Assembly (NCBI GenBank): GCA_965203315.1
Contig: OZ241857.1
Span: 1,728,001 to 1,792,000, forward strand
From: Nitrosopumilus sp.
Lineage (GTDB): Archaea > Thermoproteota > Nitrososphaeria > Nitrososphaerales > Nitrosopumilaceae
Length of the DNA: 64,000 bases
Reading direction: 5' to 3'
The notes under the pieces were generated by a model, which saw only the letters and a list, made by a program, of their open reading frames with translations, made no database searches and had not been told where the DNA came from. Below, in pieces: positions 1 through 9,522 of the stretch; positions within the stretch are counted from its first letter, which is position 1; every line of letters begins with the position of its first letter. The position numbers were made by a program, and so were the translations under genes.

Positions 1-22
1 ATCAGATAACCACATAGCTAGA

Positions 23-922
23 TCATTTTAGTATCATCTTTGTGATCTTTGTTGCCGCCGCAAATGGATCCATCGACTTGGACTCGAGTCGTTTGATATA
101 CTTTTCAAATGTTCCATTCTCCTCTAACTCATCTACTCGCTGGACAATATTGTATAGTATGATATCGCGCAACTCGGCTGCAAGGCGCGCGTTATTGTCC
201 GACTCATGCTTTGACATCTTGTCCTTCAGCATCTTTGCAAACTCTGTTATGCCTGTGTCTCGCTTGACTGATGTTTTGAGTATTGGTGGTTTTTTGATCG
301 AATCACCAATAAAGTCACGTACCGCGTCATACAGTCTCGTAGCTCCGCTCAGATCACTCTTGTTTATGATGTACATGTCACCGATCTCTGTCAGCCCAGC
401 TTTGATTGCTTGAATACTGTCTCCTGTATTTGGATTGAATACGACTATTGTAATATCTGCAATACTAGATATCTCTACCTCTGTCTGACCGGCACCGACA
501 CTCTCTATTATGATCGGATCAAATCCTGCATACTCTAACACTCGAATACTGTTTCGTAGTGATCTGGATACTGCACCTGTTGATCCACGTGATGCTATGC
601 TTCTAATGTATGTTCCAGAGTCTGTCGACTCTGACATCCTTACACGATCTCCTAGTATCGCTCCACCTGTTATGTGACTAGTTGGATCTATTGCAAGCAC
701 AGCTGGTTTCGTATCTAGCTTCTCTAACTCGATTGCTGTCTTGTTGATCAGCGAACTCTTTCCCGCACCAGCAGGTCCTGTTATGCCGATTATTGTAGCG
801 TTGCCTGTATCTGCAAAGATCGATCTGATCAAAGATCGTGCTTCTTTACCATCATTCTCTATAATCGTAATAGCCTTTGCAATTGCGCCACGTTTACCTT
901 TTTTGATATCGTCTATATCCAT
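23..922 (-). CDS. meaB: Methylmalonyl-CoA mutase-associated GTPase MeaB/ArgK
   Basis: GITGPAGAGKS P-loop, DPTS..GGAILGDRVRM, ESVGAGQ, NKSD. Start trimmed to MDIDDIKK. Confidence 0.93.
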   Translation of the reverse strand: MDIDDIKKGKRGAIAKAITIIENDGKEARSLIRSIFADTGNATIIGITGPAGAGKSSLINKTAIELEKLDTKPAVLAIDPTSHITGGAILGDRVRMSESTDSGTYIRSIASRGSTGAVSRSLRNSIRVLEYAGFDPIIIESVGAGQTEVEISSIADITIVVFNPNTGDSIQAIKAGLTEIGDMYIINKSDLSGATRLYDAVRDFIGDSIKKPPILKTSVKRDTGITEFAKMLKDKMSKHESDNNARLAAELRDIILYNIVQRVDELEENGTFEKYIKRLESKSMDPFAAATKITKMILK

Positions 923-960
923 CACCTCGTTTTGTTTAGTGGTACAATAAAATCCTAAAC

Positions 961-1344
961 CTATCGGGGTCCATATATGAGCGATGGTGGTGTCTCTCCA
1001 GAAGAGTATATCTCTGTCTTTAGTTGTACATCGCCTAACTCTTGATGTGTTATCTCTAACACTATTGGATGTACGACCCATCCGTATTGTGGTTCTATGA
1101 TCTGTACCTCTTCAGTGAAACTATTGCCACTGTACGTTCGTCTAAACGTCTCCTTCATACCTAGAATCTCCATAGTTACAGATTGGGTCTGTTCTGAACG
1201 ATCAGAGAATGTTATGTTGACTTTACCATCATCGTACAAGGCATCTAACTCAAACGGATGCTCGACCGGTCTCTCAATAATCGTTCCTGCTATCACAGCG
1301 CCGCCCAATATGATAGTAGCTACGATTATGTGCACCTTGGCCAT
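961..1344 (-). CDS. Hypothetical membrane-anchored protein
   Basis: Hydrophobic N-terminus from MAKVHIIVATIILGG; directly follows the aminopeptidase stop codon. Confidence 0.75.
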   Translation of the reverse strand: MAKVHIIVATIILGGAVIAGTIIERPVEHPFELDALYDDGKVNITFSDRSEQTQSVTMEILGMKETFRRTYSGNSFTEEVQIIEPQYGWVVHPIVLEITHQELGDVQLKTEIYSSGETPPSLIYGPR

Positions 1345-1345
1345 A

Positions 1346-3826
1346 TCAGAATTCACGTTGCATTGATCTAAGAAACTTGGAATCGATTCGTATTCGTTCG
1401 AGCGTCTGAGATATAGTTCGTTGAGTTCCTGGTACTGGATTACGCTCAAAGAATGTCTGTATGTCCTGTTCCATCGTATCATCTGCAACATTAGATATGC
1501 TTGCAACTATGCGGTTTAGCAAGGGATTACCATGTCCTATCTTTTTGTGTAGTCTGTTCCAGTTCTTTACGAGCCACGGCCATACGATCTTCTTCCCGTA
1601 TGGATTCTCTGATATCTTGACTATGGGAAGATGCATATTTTGAGAACGAACTTTGGTCTGTGCAAAGTTTAGTGTCTTGTGTAGTAGTGCTGTACTCTGA
1701 AATCCACACAGTGCCCCCAAGAATCGTAGTTGCGATTCAACCGACTCGGCTGATTTATACATCTCTGTGATCTGATGATGTGTCTTTGCATTACCCTTCC
1801 ATGCGGCAATAGAGCAGATGGATTCTATGAGATCGGGCGAGATCGAGTTTGGAGATTCAATCAGTTTGGTGTATCTAGATTGTACCTCACGTATGACCTC
1901 GGGATGGTTCATTCTGCCTAGCGATGTTATTACAAAGGAACGTAGTAGTGCGTCGGTGTGTCTATCTTCCCTCTTCTTCTCCCACCCAACTCTCTTGAGT
2001 ATATTCTGAAGATAGTTGATGCCATATGCGCGTATCTGATCTACAAAAGGCTCATTGAATGCAATATTGTATAATGCAACCAAGTTTTGTCCTACATTTA
2101 TCGATACTAGATAGTCTGTCTCACCTACATATGCATCTGTAAAGTCTAGATAGTCTCTGACAGTCTCTCTTCTTGCCTTACATAGTGAGAATAGATCGTT
2201 TTGAATTGCCCATCTATCTATGGGTGTGATATCTCTTTTATCTACGAGCATCTTGAGATCGAGTAGAATGGACTTGTCGTATCTGATTCGATAGAAGCCA
2301 GTTCGTCCACTGTTTACGATTACATTTGCGTTCTTTGTTATCTTGATCTCGTTCGTATCTTTTACAAGTAGTTGTTTTGTTTTGCTACCTTGGACTGATA
2401 TTGGAATGTGCCACAGGCCCTTACCTTGTCTTGATTTATGTTCCAACAAGTATCGAGACTGTGATACGTTGATGCCATAATCTGTCTGCTTTACATCCAC
2501 TAGTGGAAAACCTGGCTGCTTCAACCATGTCTGTACCATACTAGATACAGGCATAGTAGACGCCTTGCTTATTGCATCCCAGAGGTCTTGACCTTGAGCA
2601 TTTTTGTATGCGAATTTTTTCAGATACTCTTTCAGGCCACGTCTAAAGTTAGCCTCACCAACATAATGCTCGATCATTCTCAAGATACAACCTCCTTTGT
2701 CGTACGATATCGCATCAAATATCTCTCTGATCTGAGATGGTGATCTCACATCAACGTCTATTGGATGTGTGGTTTTTAGAGCGTCTAGTTCCATGGCGGT
2801 ATTCATTGCGTCCTCTATGAACTGATCCCACATATCCCACTCTGGATAAAACTCTGCGACAAACTTTGTTGCCATGAATGTAGCAAAACTCTCGTTGAGC
2901 CACAAGTCATTCCACCATTTCATCGTAACAAGGTTTCCAAACCACTGGTGTGCAATCTCGTGTGAGATCACTTCGGCGATAAACTGTTTGGTTTTAGTGG
3001 ATGATGTCTTTGGATCGTATAACAGTATGGTTTCACGAAAGGTTATTGCTCCCCAATTCTCCATTGCTCCAGCTGCAAAGTCTGGCACTGCAATGAGATC
3101 CAGTTTGGGTAATGGATACTTTATTCCAAAATACTTTTCATACGCGTCTAGTAGCCTCTTTCCTAGGTCTAGCGCAAATCTACCTTTGGATTTTGATCCC
3201 TTTATTGTAACTACTCGTACCTCAACATCTCTTATCTTACTCTTCAAATACTCAAACTCACCAACTCCTAGATATACGAGATATGTTGACATTAGTGGCG
3301 TCTTTGCAAACTTGTAAGTCGTTCTCTGACTCTTACTCGTCTTTGATACTATTGGCATGTTTGATATTGCAGTGTGGCCTTGCTTGACAACCAATCTTAT
3401 CTCAAAGGTGGCTTTTGCATCTGGTCGATCCCAGCACGGGAATGCACGTCTAGCATCAGCTGCTTCAAACTGACTAGTTGCCAGATACTTTGTCTTGCCA
3501 TCTTGTATGTACTCACTACGATAAAAACCCAAAAGTCTATCGTTTAGAGTGCCGTTGAACTCTAGGTGAATCGTGCATGTGTCCTGAATCGAGTTTGATA
3601 GTTTGATGTGTAACTCTTCACTCTCTTCATTTATGTCAAATTTACACGGAATCTCTGTATCCTGATCTAGTACTGTACATGATAGTATCTCTAACTCTGC
3701 ACAGTCTAGTTTGATGGATCTAGTGGGTTTGGTACATTGTACCGTTATGATCTCTTTGCCAGAGAACACGAATCGTTCTAGATCTGGCTCAAAGATGAGA
3801 TCATAATTTGTTGGATATACTGACAC
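1346..3826 (-). CDS. M1 family zinc aminopeptidase (PepN/tricorn-interacting factor type)
   Basis: GAMEN motif, HEIAH-x18-E zinc motif, YDKG. Confidence 0.95.
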   Translation of the reverse strand: MSVYPTNYDLIFEPDLERFVFSGKEIITVQCTKPTRSIKLDCAELEILSCTVLDQDTEIPCKFDINEESEELHIKLSNSIQDTCTIHLEFNGTLNDRLLGFYRSEYIQDGKTKYLATSQFEAADARRAFPCWDRPDAKATFEIRLVVKQGHTAISNMPIVSKTSKSQRTTYKFAKTPLMSTYLVYLGVGEFEYLKSKIRDVEVRVVTIKGSKSKGRFALDLGKRLLDAYEKYFGIKYPLPKLDLIAVPDFAAGAMENWGAITFRETILLYDPKTSSTKTKQFIAEVISHEIAHQWFGNLVTMKWWNDLWLNESFATFMATKFVAEFYPEWDMWDQFIEDAMNTAMELDALKTTHPIDVDVRSPSQIREIFDAISYDKGGCILRMIEHYVGEANFRRGLKEYLKKFAYKNAQGQDLWDAISKASTMPVSSMVQTWLKQPGFPLVDVKQTDYGINVSQSRYLLEHKSRQGKGLWHIPISVQGSKTKQLLVKDTNEIKITKNANVIVNSGRTGFYRIRYDKSILLDLKMLVDKRDITPIDRWAIQNDLFSLCKARRETVRDYLDFTDAYVGETDYLVSINVGQNLVALYNIAFNEPFVDQIRAYGINYLQNILKRVGWEKKREDRHTDALLRSFVITSLGRMNHPEVIREVQSRYTKLIESPNSISPDLIESICSIAAWKGNAKTHHQITEMYKSAESVESQLRFLGALCGFQSTALLHKTLNFAQTKVRSQNMHLPIVKISENPYGKKIVWPWLVKNWNRLHKKIGHGNPLLNRIVASISNVADDTMEQDIQTFFERNPVPGTQRTISQTLERIRIDSKFLRSMQREF

Positions 3827-4094
3827 ACCAACTCTTGTGTGTCATCTTTTAATAGTATTCTGTATGCAGCATACGGCATACAATACACAATACACAATAT
3901 GCTGTATGTAGACACTGCATTGAGAATCAGACGTACGCAAATCTTCATGCCACTGATATAGCATCTGACATTGTGCCATCGTACACATGATCTCAGATTC
4001 TATTGAGGTTTGAATGGTTTACAAGTTCATACTCTATCGGTCAAAATGCAACTAGAGATAAAGGCTTTTAAAATAATATTGCTATTGTTTAATT

Positions 4095-4517
4095 GTGAGA
4101 CAGAAAGTAAAGTCACGAAGTGTAAAGATTCTTGTTGCAAAACTTGGTCTAGATGGTCACGATCGAGGTGCCCTAGTACTGTGTCGTGCATTTCGTGATG
4201 CAGGGATGGAGGTAATCTATTCTGGTCTCTTTGCGACGCCTGAGCGTGTAGCTCAGATTGCTCAAGATGAGGATGCTGATGCTGTGGCTATGAGTCTATT
4301 GAACGGTGCACACATGACACTATTTCCAAGAGTAGTAAAAGAATTGAAGAAGAAAGGTCTGGATGATGTTTTAGTTGTTGGTGGTGGCGTAATCCCGGAG
4401 ATCGATCACAATCGGCTGATAAAGTCTGGAGTCGATCACGTCTTTGGACCAGGTACGCCGCTAGACACTATAATAGAACACATAAACACTGGCGTATCTA
4501 AACTACGAAAACTCTAG
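4095..4517 (+). CDS. Methylmalonyl-CoA mutase small (B12-binding) subunit
   Basis: DGHDRG...GG cobalamin-binding motif; near meaB. Confidence 0.92.
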   Translation: MRQKVKSRSVKILVAKLGLDGHDRGALVLCRAFRDAGMEVIYSGLFATPERVAQIAQDEDADAVAMSLLNGAHMTLFPRVVKELKKKGLDDVLVVGGGVIPEIDHNRLIKSGVDHVFGPGTPLDTIIEHINTGVSKLRKL

Positions 4518-4520
4518 ATC

Positions 4521-4687
4521 TGGTTCTCTCAATCTGTCTGGGTTTGACAACCTTTGTAAATTCTTGAAAATTCTCCTCTGTACCAACGTAAGTGTATTCT
4601 AACATAATCTACTTGATCATTTGATTCACAATTCATGTTTTGTGGATTTGCCATTGTGGGATTTCAAATCACAAGTTGAGAGAACCA
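4521..4687. mobile_element. MITE-like element, about 167 bp
   Basis: Terminal inverted repeats TGGTTCTCTCAA / TTGAGAGAACCA; no coding capacity. Confidence 0.65.
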
Positions 4688-4737
4688 AAACTGGACAATG
4701 AACTTGAGGGCTCATCAGTGTCTGAACACGACAAGAG

Positions 4738-4911
4738 GGTTCTGTTCAATTGACGGGGTTGAGATCATGATGACGTTATCTCAGAACGCACAATATGTGA
4801 CTCAAAACAGCAGCAATTTACGATAGCCGATATGAGACCGTTTCCATATTTTGCAAAATTTTTCGAGAATTTTGTGCAGAAAATGTCAACTCCCGTCAAT
4901 TGAACAGAACC
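4738..4911. mobile_element. MITE family A, 174 bp
   Basis: Perfect 20-bp TIR GGTTCTGTTCAATTGACGGG / CCCGTCAATTGAACAGAACC; inverted homolog at 40182-40355. Confidence 0.88.
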
Positions 4912-5010
4912 GTAATCAATTACAGTACCCACAAATGTTTGATATTATTTTACAATTGGATCACGAGTTGGCAGTACCACATGTTGCATGGAATGAATTA
5001 AAGGATCTCA
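4912..5010 (+). pseudogene. Fragment of a PIN-domain toxin gene
   Basis: NQLQYPQMFDIILQLDHELAVPHVAWNELKD matches NQFQYPQAFDVILQLGHELAVPSFVWEELKD in 26938-27141. Confidence 0.85.
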
Positions 5011-5047
5011 CAAAAATTATATGTTGTAGAAAAATATAAAAATTAGA

Positions 5048-5980
5048 GTGAAAAGACAAGGAAATAGTTTGAATAAACAAACAAAGTTATCTGGTGGTAG
5101 ATCCAGAAAGACTTCTCTGCGAACTTCACGTGGGATTTGGGTGAGGGAGGAACCAAAACGACCGCGTGGTAGACCTAAAAAAACTACAACAGCTGAAACC
5201 ACAAAACGACCGCGTGGTAGACCTAAAAAAACTACAACAGCTGAAACCACAAAACGACCGCGTGGTAGACCTAAAAAAACTACAACAGCTGAAACCACAA
5301 AACGACCCAACAGACCTTCTAAACGAACTTCACGTGGGATTTGGGTGTACACAGGACCAAAGAAAGTCGTATCCGTGCCTGGTAAGACATCTGTTTATCC
5401 ATTTAAAGAACCAATGAGGCAGAAAAAAGAGAGCGATGAAGAAAATTCAAAAACTCGATCTGGAACACGCTCAAAACCACCGGCAACACTTGATCCACCT
5501 AAATCAAACAAAATAAACACTATTGAGCTAAACAAAACGCTAAAACAAATAGACAAAGAGGTAGCAAAGGTGTTAGACTATTATGTGGTAGATATATCTA
5601 AAAAAGAGATAGCGTCTATTACAGACTATTTGATGTCCAAGATCAAAGATATCGTGACAGAAAATATGAAGTCTAACCAAAAAATCGTCTATAGAAAATT
5701 CTCTAAACAAGTGGAGAATAAAGTTATTGGAGCACTTCAAAATGTTAAATTCATCAGGTATGTGTGTTACGATAACAATTCACGTGGGGATCGTATGAAA
5801 TTAATTGTTCTACATGATCATAAGAATAACTCTACTGCATTTGATGTAGTTTATGGTATAGTTGATAATTTAAATTACTATTTTAGTCGATTACGTATAG
5901 CTGTAGATACGATTTCTATATCTGACATTGACGATATTACTAAATTTTTAAAACAAACAACAATCTTGATTGCAAAATAA
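5048..5980 (+). CDS. Protein with three AT-hook-like repeats and an unknown globular C-terminal domain
   Basis: KRPRGRPKKTTTAETT x3; low GC; 310-aa ORF. Confidence 0.75.
   Translation: MKRQGNSLNKQTKLSGGRSRKTSLRTSRGIWVREEPKRPRGRPKKTTTAETTKRPRGRPKKTTTAETTKRPRGRPKKTTTAETTKRPNRPSKRTSRGIWVYTGPKKVVSVPGKTSVYPFKEPMRQKKESDEENSKTRSGTRSKPPATLDPPKSNKINTIELNKTLKQIDKEVAKVLDYYVVDISKKEIASITDYLMSKIKDIVTENMKSNQKIVYRKFSKQVENKVIGALQNVKFIRYVCYDNNSRGDRMKLIVLHDHKNNSTAFDVVYGIVDNLNYYFSRLRIAVDTISISDIDDITKFLKQTTILIAK
5154..5307 (+). repeat. 48-bp tandem repeat x3 plus a partial copy, flanked by a 24-bp direct repeat (5120-5143, 5324-5347)
   Basis: Identical units caaaacgaccgcgtggtagacctaaaaaaactacaacagctgaaacca. Confidence 0.95.
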
Positions 5981-6102
5981 TCTGATATTATAAGATGCAG
6001 GATATCCGTTTATCAAAATATGCGTCAACTATGCAAATTAGAAAGATCTATAAATAAGTTCTAAAATGAGAAATCAATGAGTAAAAGAGTTAAGAGCAGA
6101 AT

Positions 6103-6222
6103 GGCTCTCTTCGGTTTATGTGGGATGTGAGCGGTTACAGAAAAATCACTACAATATTCTATAAATGAAAATTATGGAAAAAGCCTTATGAACTTCTGCC
6201 CCCACATAAATCAAAGAGATCC
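6103..6222. mobile_element. MITE family B copy (about 117-120 bp)
   Basis: Degenerate GGATCTTTTCGGTTTATGTGGGA-type TIRs; homologous to 27431-27547 and other copies. Confidence 0.8.
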
Positions 6223-6491
6223 GAACCGTTAGTCTTTACAACATTTACAAGTAATATTTCTGTTTGACACTGATTCAATGTATCTTATTGTCATCTAGTC
6301 ATCAACGATCTTTGCTAGTGATCATAAATCCATAGATCCTTGAATGCATATGCCCCATATTATGTTGGGAGTCGAGCATCCACAATCGTCACACATTAAA
6401 TCGTTTATTGAGCCGGAGCCGCCGTCAAAAGAAGATGTATTAGCCTCTGCTAAAATAGACATTTGGATAAACTGTAAGAGAATTCTAGATC

Positions 6492-7493
6492 TTATTCTGT
6501 CGAGTCAGGCCACATCATCTTGCGCATCTCTTTGCCTGTCTTTTCTATCAAATGTTCATCATACTTGCGTATATGTTTGTCAAACGAGTCACGGCCACTC
6601 TCTTTGTATTGTCTGATCCACTCGTCGTTAAACGTACCGTCTTGAATCATGTCTAGGACTTTTTTCATATTTGCTTTTGTATTGGCGTCTATCACCATCG
6701 GTCCTCGAGTCAGGCCACCATACCTTGCAGTCTCACTAACACGTCTCCACATTCCGTTGATTCCGTACCGTTGAATCATATCGACAATCAGTTTTAGTTC
6801 GTGCAAGACTTCAAAATACGCAATCTCTGGTTGATATCCAGCTTCGACCAAAGTCTCAAATGCATTTGTGATCATAGACGCAGCACCTCCACATAGATCT
6901 GCTTGTTCGCCAAACCAATCTGTCTCTACTTCTTCTTTGAATGTTGTTTGGATAAGTCCTGCACGTGCACTACCTATGCCCTTGGCAATCCCCAACGTTC
7001 TATCCCATGCCTTTCCTGTATAGTCTCGTTCTACTGCAACGATCGATGGAGTTCCAAAGCCTTCTAGATATGTCTCTCTTACTTTGGAGCCGGGTCCTTT
7101 CGGCGCAACCATTATCAGATCTACATTCTCTGGTGGTGTTATCCACTTCCAATGGATTGCTGCTGCATGTGAAAAGGATAATGCCTTACCTTCAGATAAC
7201 GATGACATGATCTCAGTCTTGTATATATGACCTTGAATCATATCTGGAATCAGAATGTGGATTATATCAGCTTGCTTTGTTGCTGCTGCTACCGACATTA
7301 CCTTGTGACCATCAGACTCTGCTTTTGTCCAACTGTTTCCTCTCTTTAGACCAACAACTACATCTAGACCAGAGTCTTTGAGATTGTTCGCTTGGGCATC
7401 ACCTTGAATCCCATACCCTATAACCGCAATCGTTTGATCCTTTATTGGGTCGAGGCTGATATCTGCATCCTTCCACGTCTTTGCCAATAACAT
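6492..7493 (-). CDS. ilvC: Ketol-acid reductoisomerase
   Basis: GYGIQG Rossmann motif, MVAPKGPG, ETDWFGEQ, SETARYG. Confidence 0.96.
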   Translation of the reverse strand: MLLAKTWKDADISLDPIKDQTIAVIGYGIQGDAQANNLKDSGLDVVVGLKRGNSWTKAESDGHKVMSVAAATKQADIIHILIPDMIQGHIYKTEIMSSLSEGKALSFSHAAAIHWKWITPPENVDLIMVAPKGPGSKVRETYLEGFGTPSIVAVERDYTGKAWDRTLGIAKGIGSARAGLIQTTFKEEVETDWFGEQADLCGGAASMITNAFETLVEAGYQPEIAYFEVLHELKLIVDMIQRYGINGMWRRVSETARYGGLTRGPMVIDANTKANMKKVLDMIQDGTFNDEWIRQYKESGRDSFDKHIRKYDEHLIEKTGKEMRKMMWPDSTE

Positions 7494-7700
7494 GTTCGTC
7501 AAATGCCACAAATATTAATCATCTAGATCTCAATGACTCTACCACAAGATCTACATTTTACTGTGATCTGTTTGGCATCACAAAACGCTTTGAGCCACAC
7601 TCTGGGCATATGGGACAAGCTCGAACTGGTTTCATTATTGTGTGATTGATTTATAGTGATTTAGAGATTGTCTATAAAGCACACAATAATTATGTGGCAA

Positions 7701-8204
7701 CTAAAAATCTATACCTCTCTTTGCTTTAATGTTCTGTCGAAACGGATGCTTGATCTCTTTCATCTCTGTCACTAGATCTGCTCTCTCTATGAATCTCTCT
7801 TTTAGCATGGTTTCCAGTTAGAATGAGATCCATCTCTTCAGGCTTCGTATCTATTATGCGTAATACATCTCTTACTGTAATCAACTCTAAATTTACTGCA
7901 TAGTTTATCTCATCTAAAATTACAATGTCGTACTTGCCAGATTGAATCTTTTCATTACTGATCCTAACTGCCTCTTTTGCCATGTTTATGTGATCTTGTT
8001 TTGGACTGGTATCGTCGATTATCCCTACAAATCCTTTGCCTGCCGCAACCATCTCAAATTCTGGTTCCAGTCTCATGATCCTTTAATGAATTGAATCATA
8101 CATACTCTTTTTTTATGTCCCACAGCTCTCAATACAATTCCTAACGCAGCTGTAGTCTTGCCTTTGCCCCCTCCTGTATACACTATGGTCAAGCCTCTGC
8201 TCAT
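7701..8204 (-). pseudogene. cobO: CobO/BtuR-type cob(I)alamin adenosyltransferase, disrupted
   Basis: [15 protein letters not shown]...IQFIKGS, then a deletion/frameshift with stop near 8075. ILDEINYA and LILTG in a second frame. A second +1 frameshift near 7791 precedes ADLVTEMKEIKHPF...GIDF. Confidence 0.88.
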
Positions 8205-8269
8205 ACATCTGCTAACGATCATACTTGCTAAAAACATTGAGGTGGTAATCTATGTGCTATACACTCTTA

Positions 8270-8329
8270 GATTATGTTATATTGATGTGGGTTGGTATTT
8301 TTTTGTACAAAACTCTCAAAATTTTATAC
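8270..8329. mobile_element. Truncated, degenerate MITE family A end
   Basis: gggttggtatttttttgtacaaaactctcaaaatttt resembles 40199-40238. Confidence 0.5.
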
Positions 8330-8462
8330 ATTGTCATCTTTAGTTCACTCCACACAAAATGAGGTATTGCCAACTCGTGACCTAGTAAAATGATATCAAA
8401 TGTTTGTGGGGTATTGGAATTGAAATATCACAATCAATGGAGATTGAGTCAAATATCTTCAA
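8330..8462 (-). pseudogene. Decayed 5' part of a PIN-domain toxin gene
   Basis: MKIFD... and LGHELAIPHFVWSELKDD in different frames; overlaps the antitoxin stop as at 26938. Confidence 0.8.
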
Positions 8463-9217
8463 TTCCCAAAACAAAGTAATCCTCTCTTAGCTAACTCATC
8501 CATTATCAAATGCTTGGGCATTCCAAGTAATTCTCCGGCTCTACCAAAACTGAACTTTTCCTTTACATGCATCGCAATTATGTGCTCCTTGATATCTGGT
8601 TTGAGTTTTTCATATGTTTTAGAACCTTTGGCCATCTCTGGATATTTGCAGTATATGTAAGATAATGCCTCTGGAATAGTTACGTCATTCATAATATCTT
8701 TATAGTTATGAAATACCCAGGGCATCTTTATGTCAAGCACATCTTGAAATTCTGGGAATCCTCCTTTCTCTTCTCCAATGACTCTGGCATACTCTACACC
8801 GTGTTTGGTCAATTGAATGGTGTTGTCTATCTCTTGTATCGGTCCCATTTGTGCGAGACGTTCCAAAGTATTCTCTAGAACAATACTAGACTGTATGCGT
8901 ATTTCTTACATCATATGCACATTTTAACGTACAATAAAACACATGTGTACTTTCTAGAGGCAAATTGATTCATTGTTGTCGTGTTTGATGATTGAACATG
9001 GGCACTCTTAATAATACGCATACAGTCTACTGTATGGACCATCATCTTTTATTGTAAAGTCACACCACTCTCTTATCTCAGGATAGGGATCGCCTAATAC
9101 GTACGTCAATAACTGTAGTTTCTGCCTGCCGTAGATTGGCTCATCATCCACATATACTAGTAGGAGAATATACTTTTCTAGTTCGCTAATCTCTGACACT
9201 GCAGTATCTATTGCCAT
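8459..9217 (-). pseudogene. wHTH-like + UPF0175 antitoxin-like gene interrupted by a MITE
   Basis: Paralog of 26327-26941. Removing 144 bp (element plus one TSD copy) gives a 615-bp ORF of identical length. Confidence 0.92.
8888..9028. mobile_element. MITE family C, 141 bp with 3-bp TSD
   Basis: Perfect 16-bp TIR AGACTGTATGCGTATT / AATACGCATACAGTCT; ACT duplicated at 8885-8887 and 9029-9031. Confidence 0.93.
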
Positions 9218-9294
9218 GTGTCTATTCTATCATACGTATGATAAAAACATCCCTCTGCTGGTGTCTAGAATTCTCTGAGATGTACATACGTCTT

Positions 9295-9451
9295 GGCTCT
9301 TTGCAACATGCGGATGCTAAAACGTCATAACAAAACTAGAAAATTTATACTTGAACGTCAAAAATTTACAATATTCAACACATACTAGACAACGTTACTA
9401 TACAATTTGAGAATTATGTGCATTGTTATCTTTTACATATTGCAAAGAGCC
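9295..9451. mobile_element. MITE family D, 157 bp
   Basis: TIR GGCTCTTTGCAACATG / CATATTGCAAAGAGCC (15 of 16 match). Confidence 0.75.
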
Positions 9452-9522
9452 GTTTTATGTTTACTGGTCAAACATATCTTGATGCGACAAGTTAAATTAA
9501 AAATGATATTAGGATATACAGA

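Noticed and set aside
5017-5417. Alternative-frame and antisense ORFs over the 48-bp repeat
   Set aside because: Shadows of the AT-hook repeat; the same applies to 48436-48855 over the 57-bp repeat.
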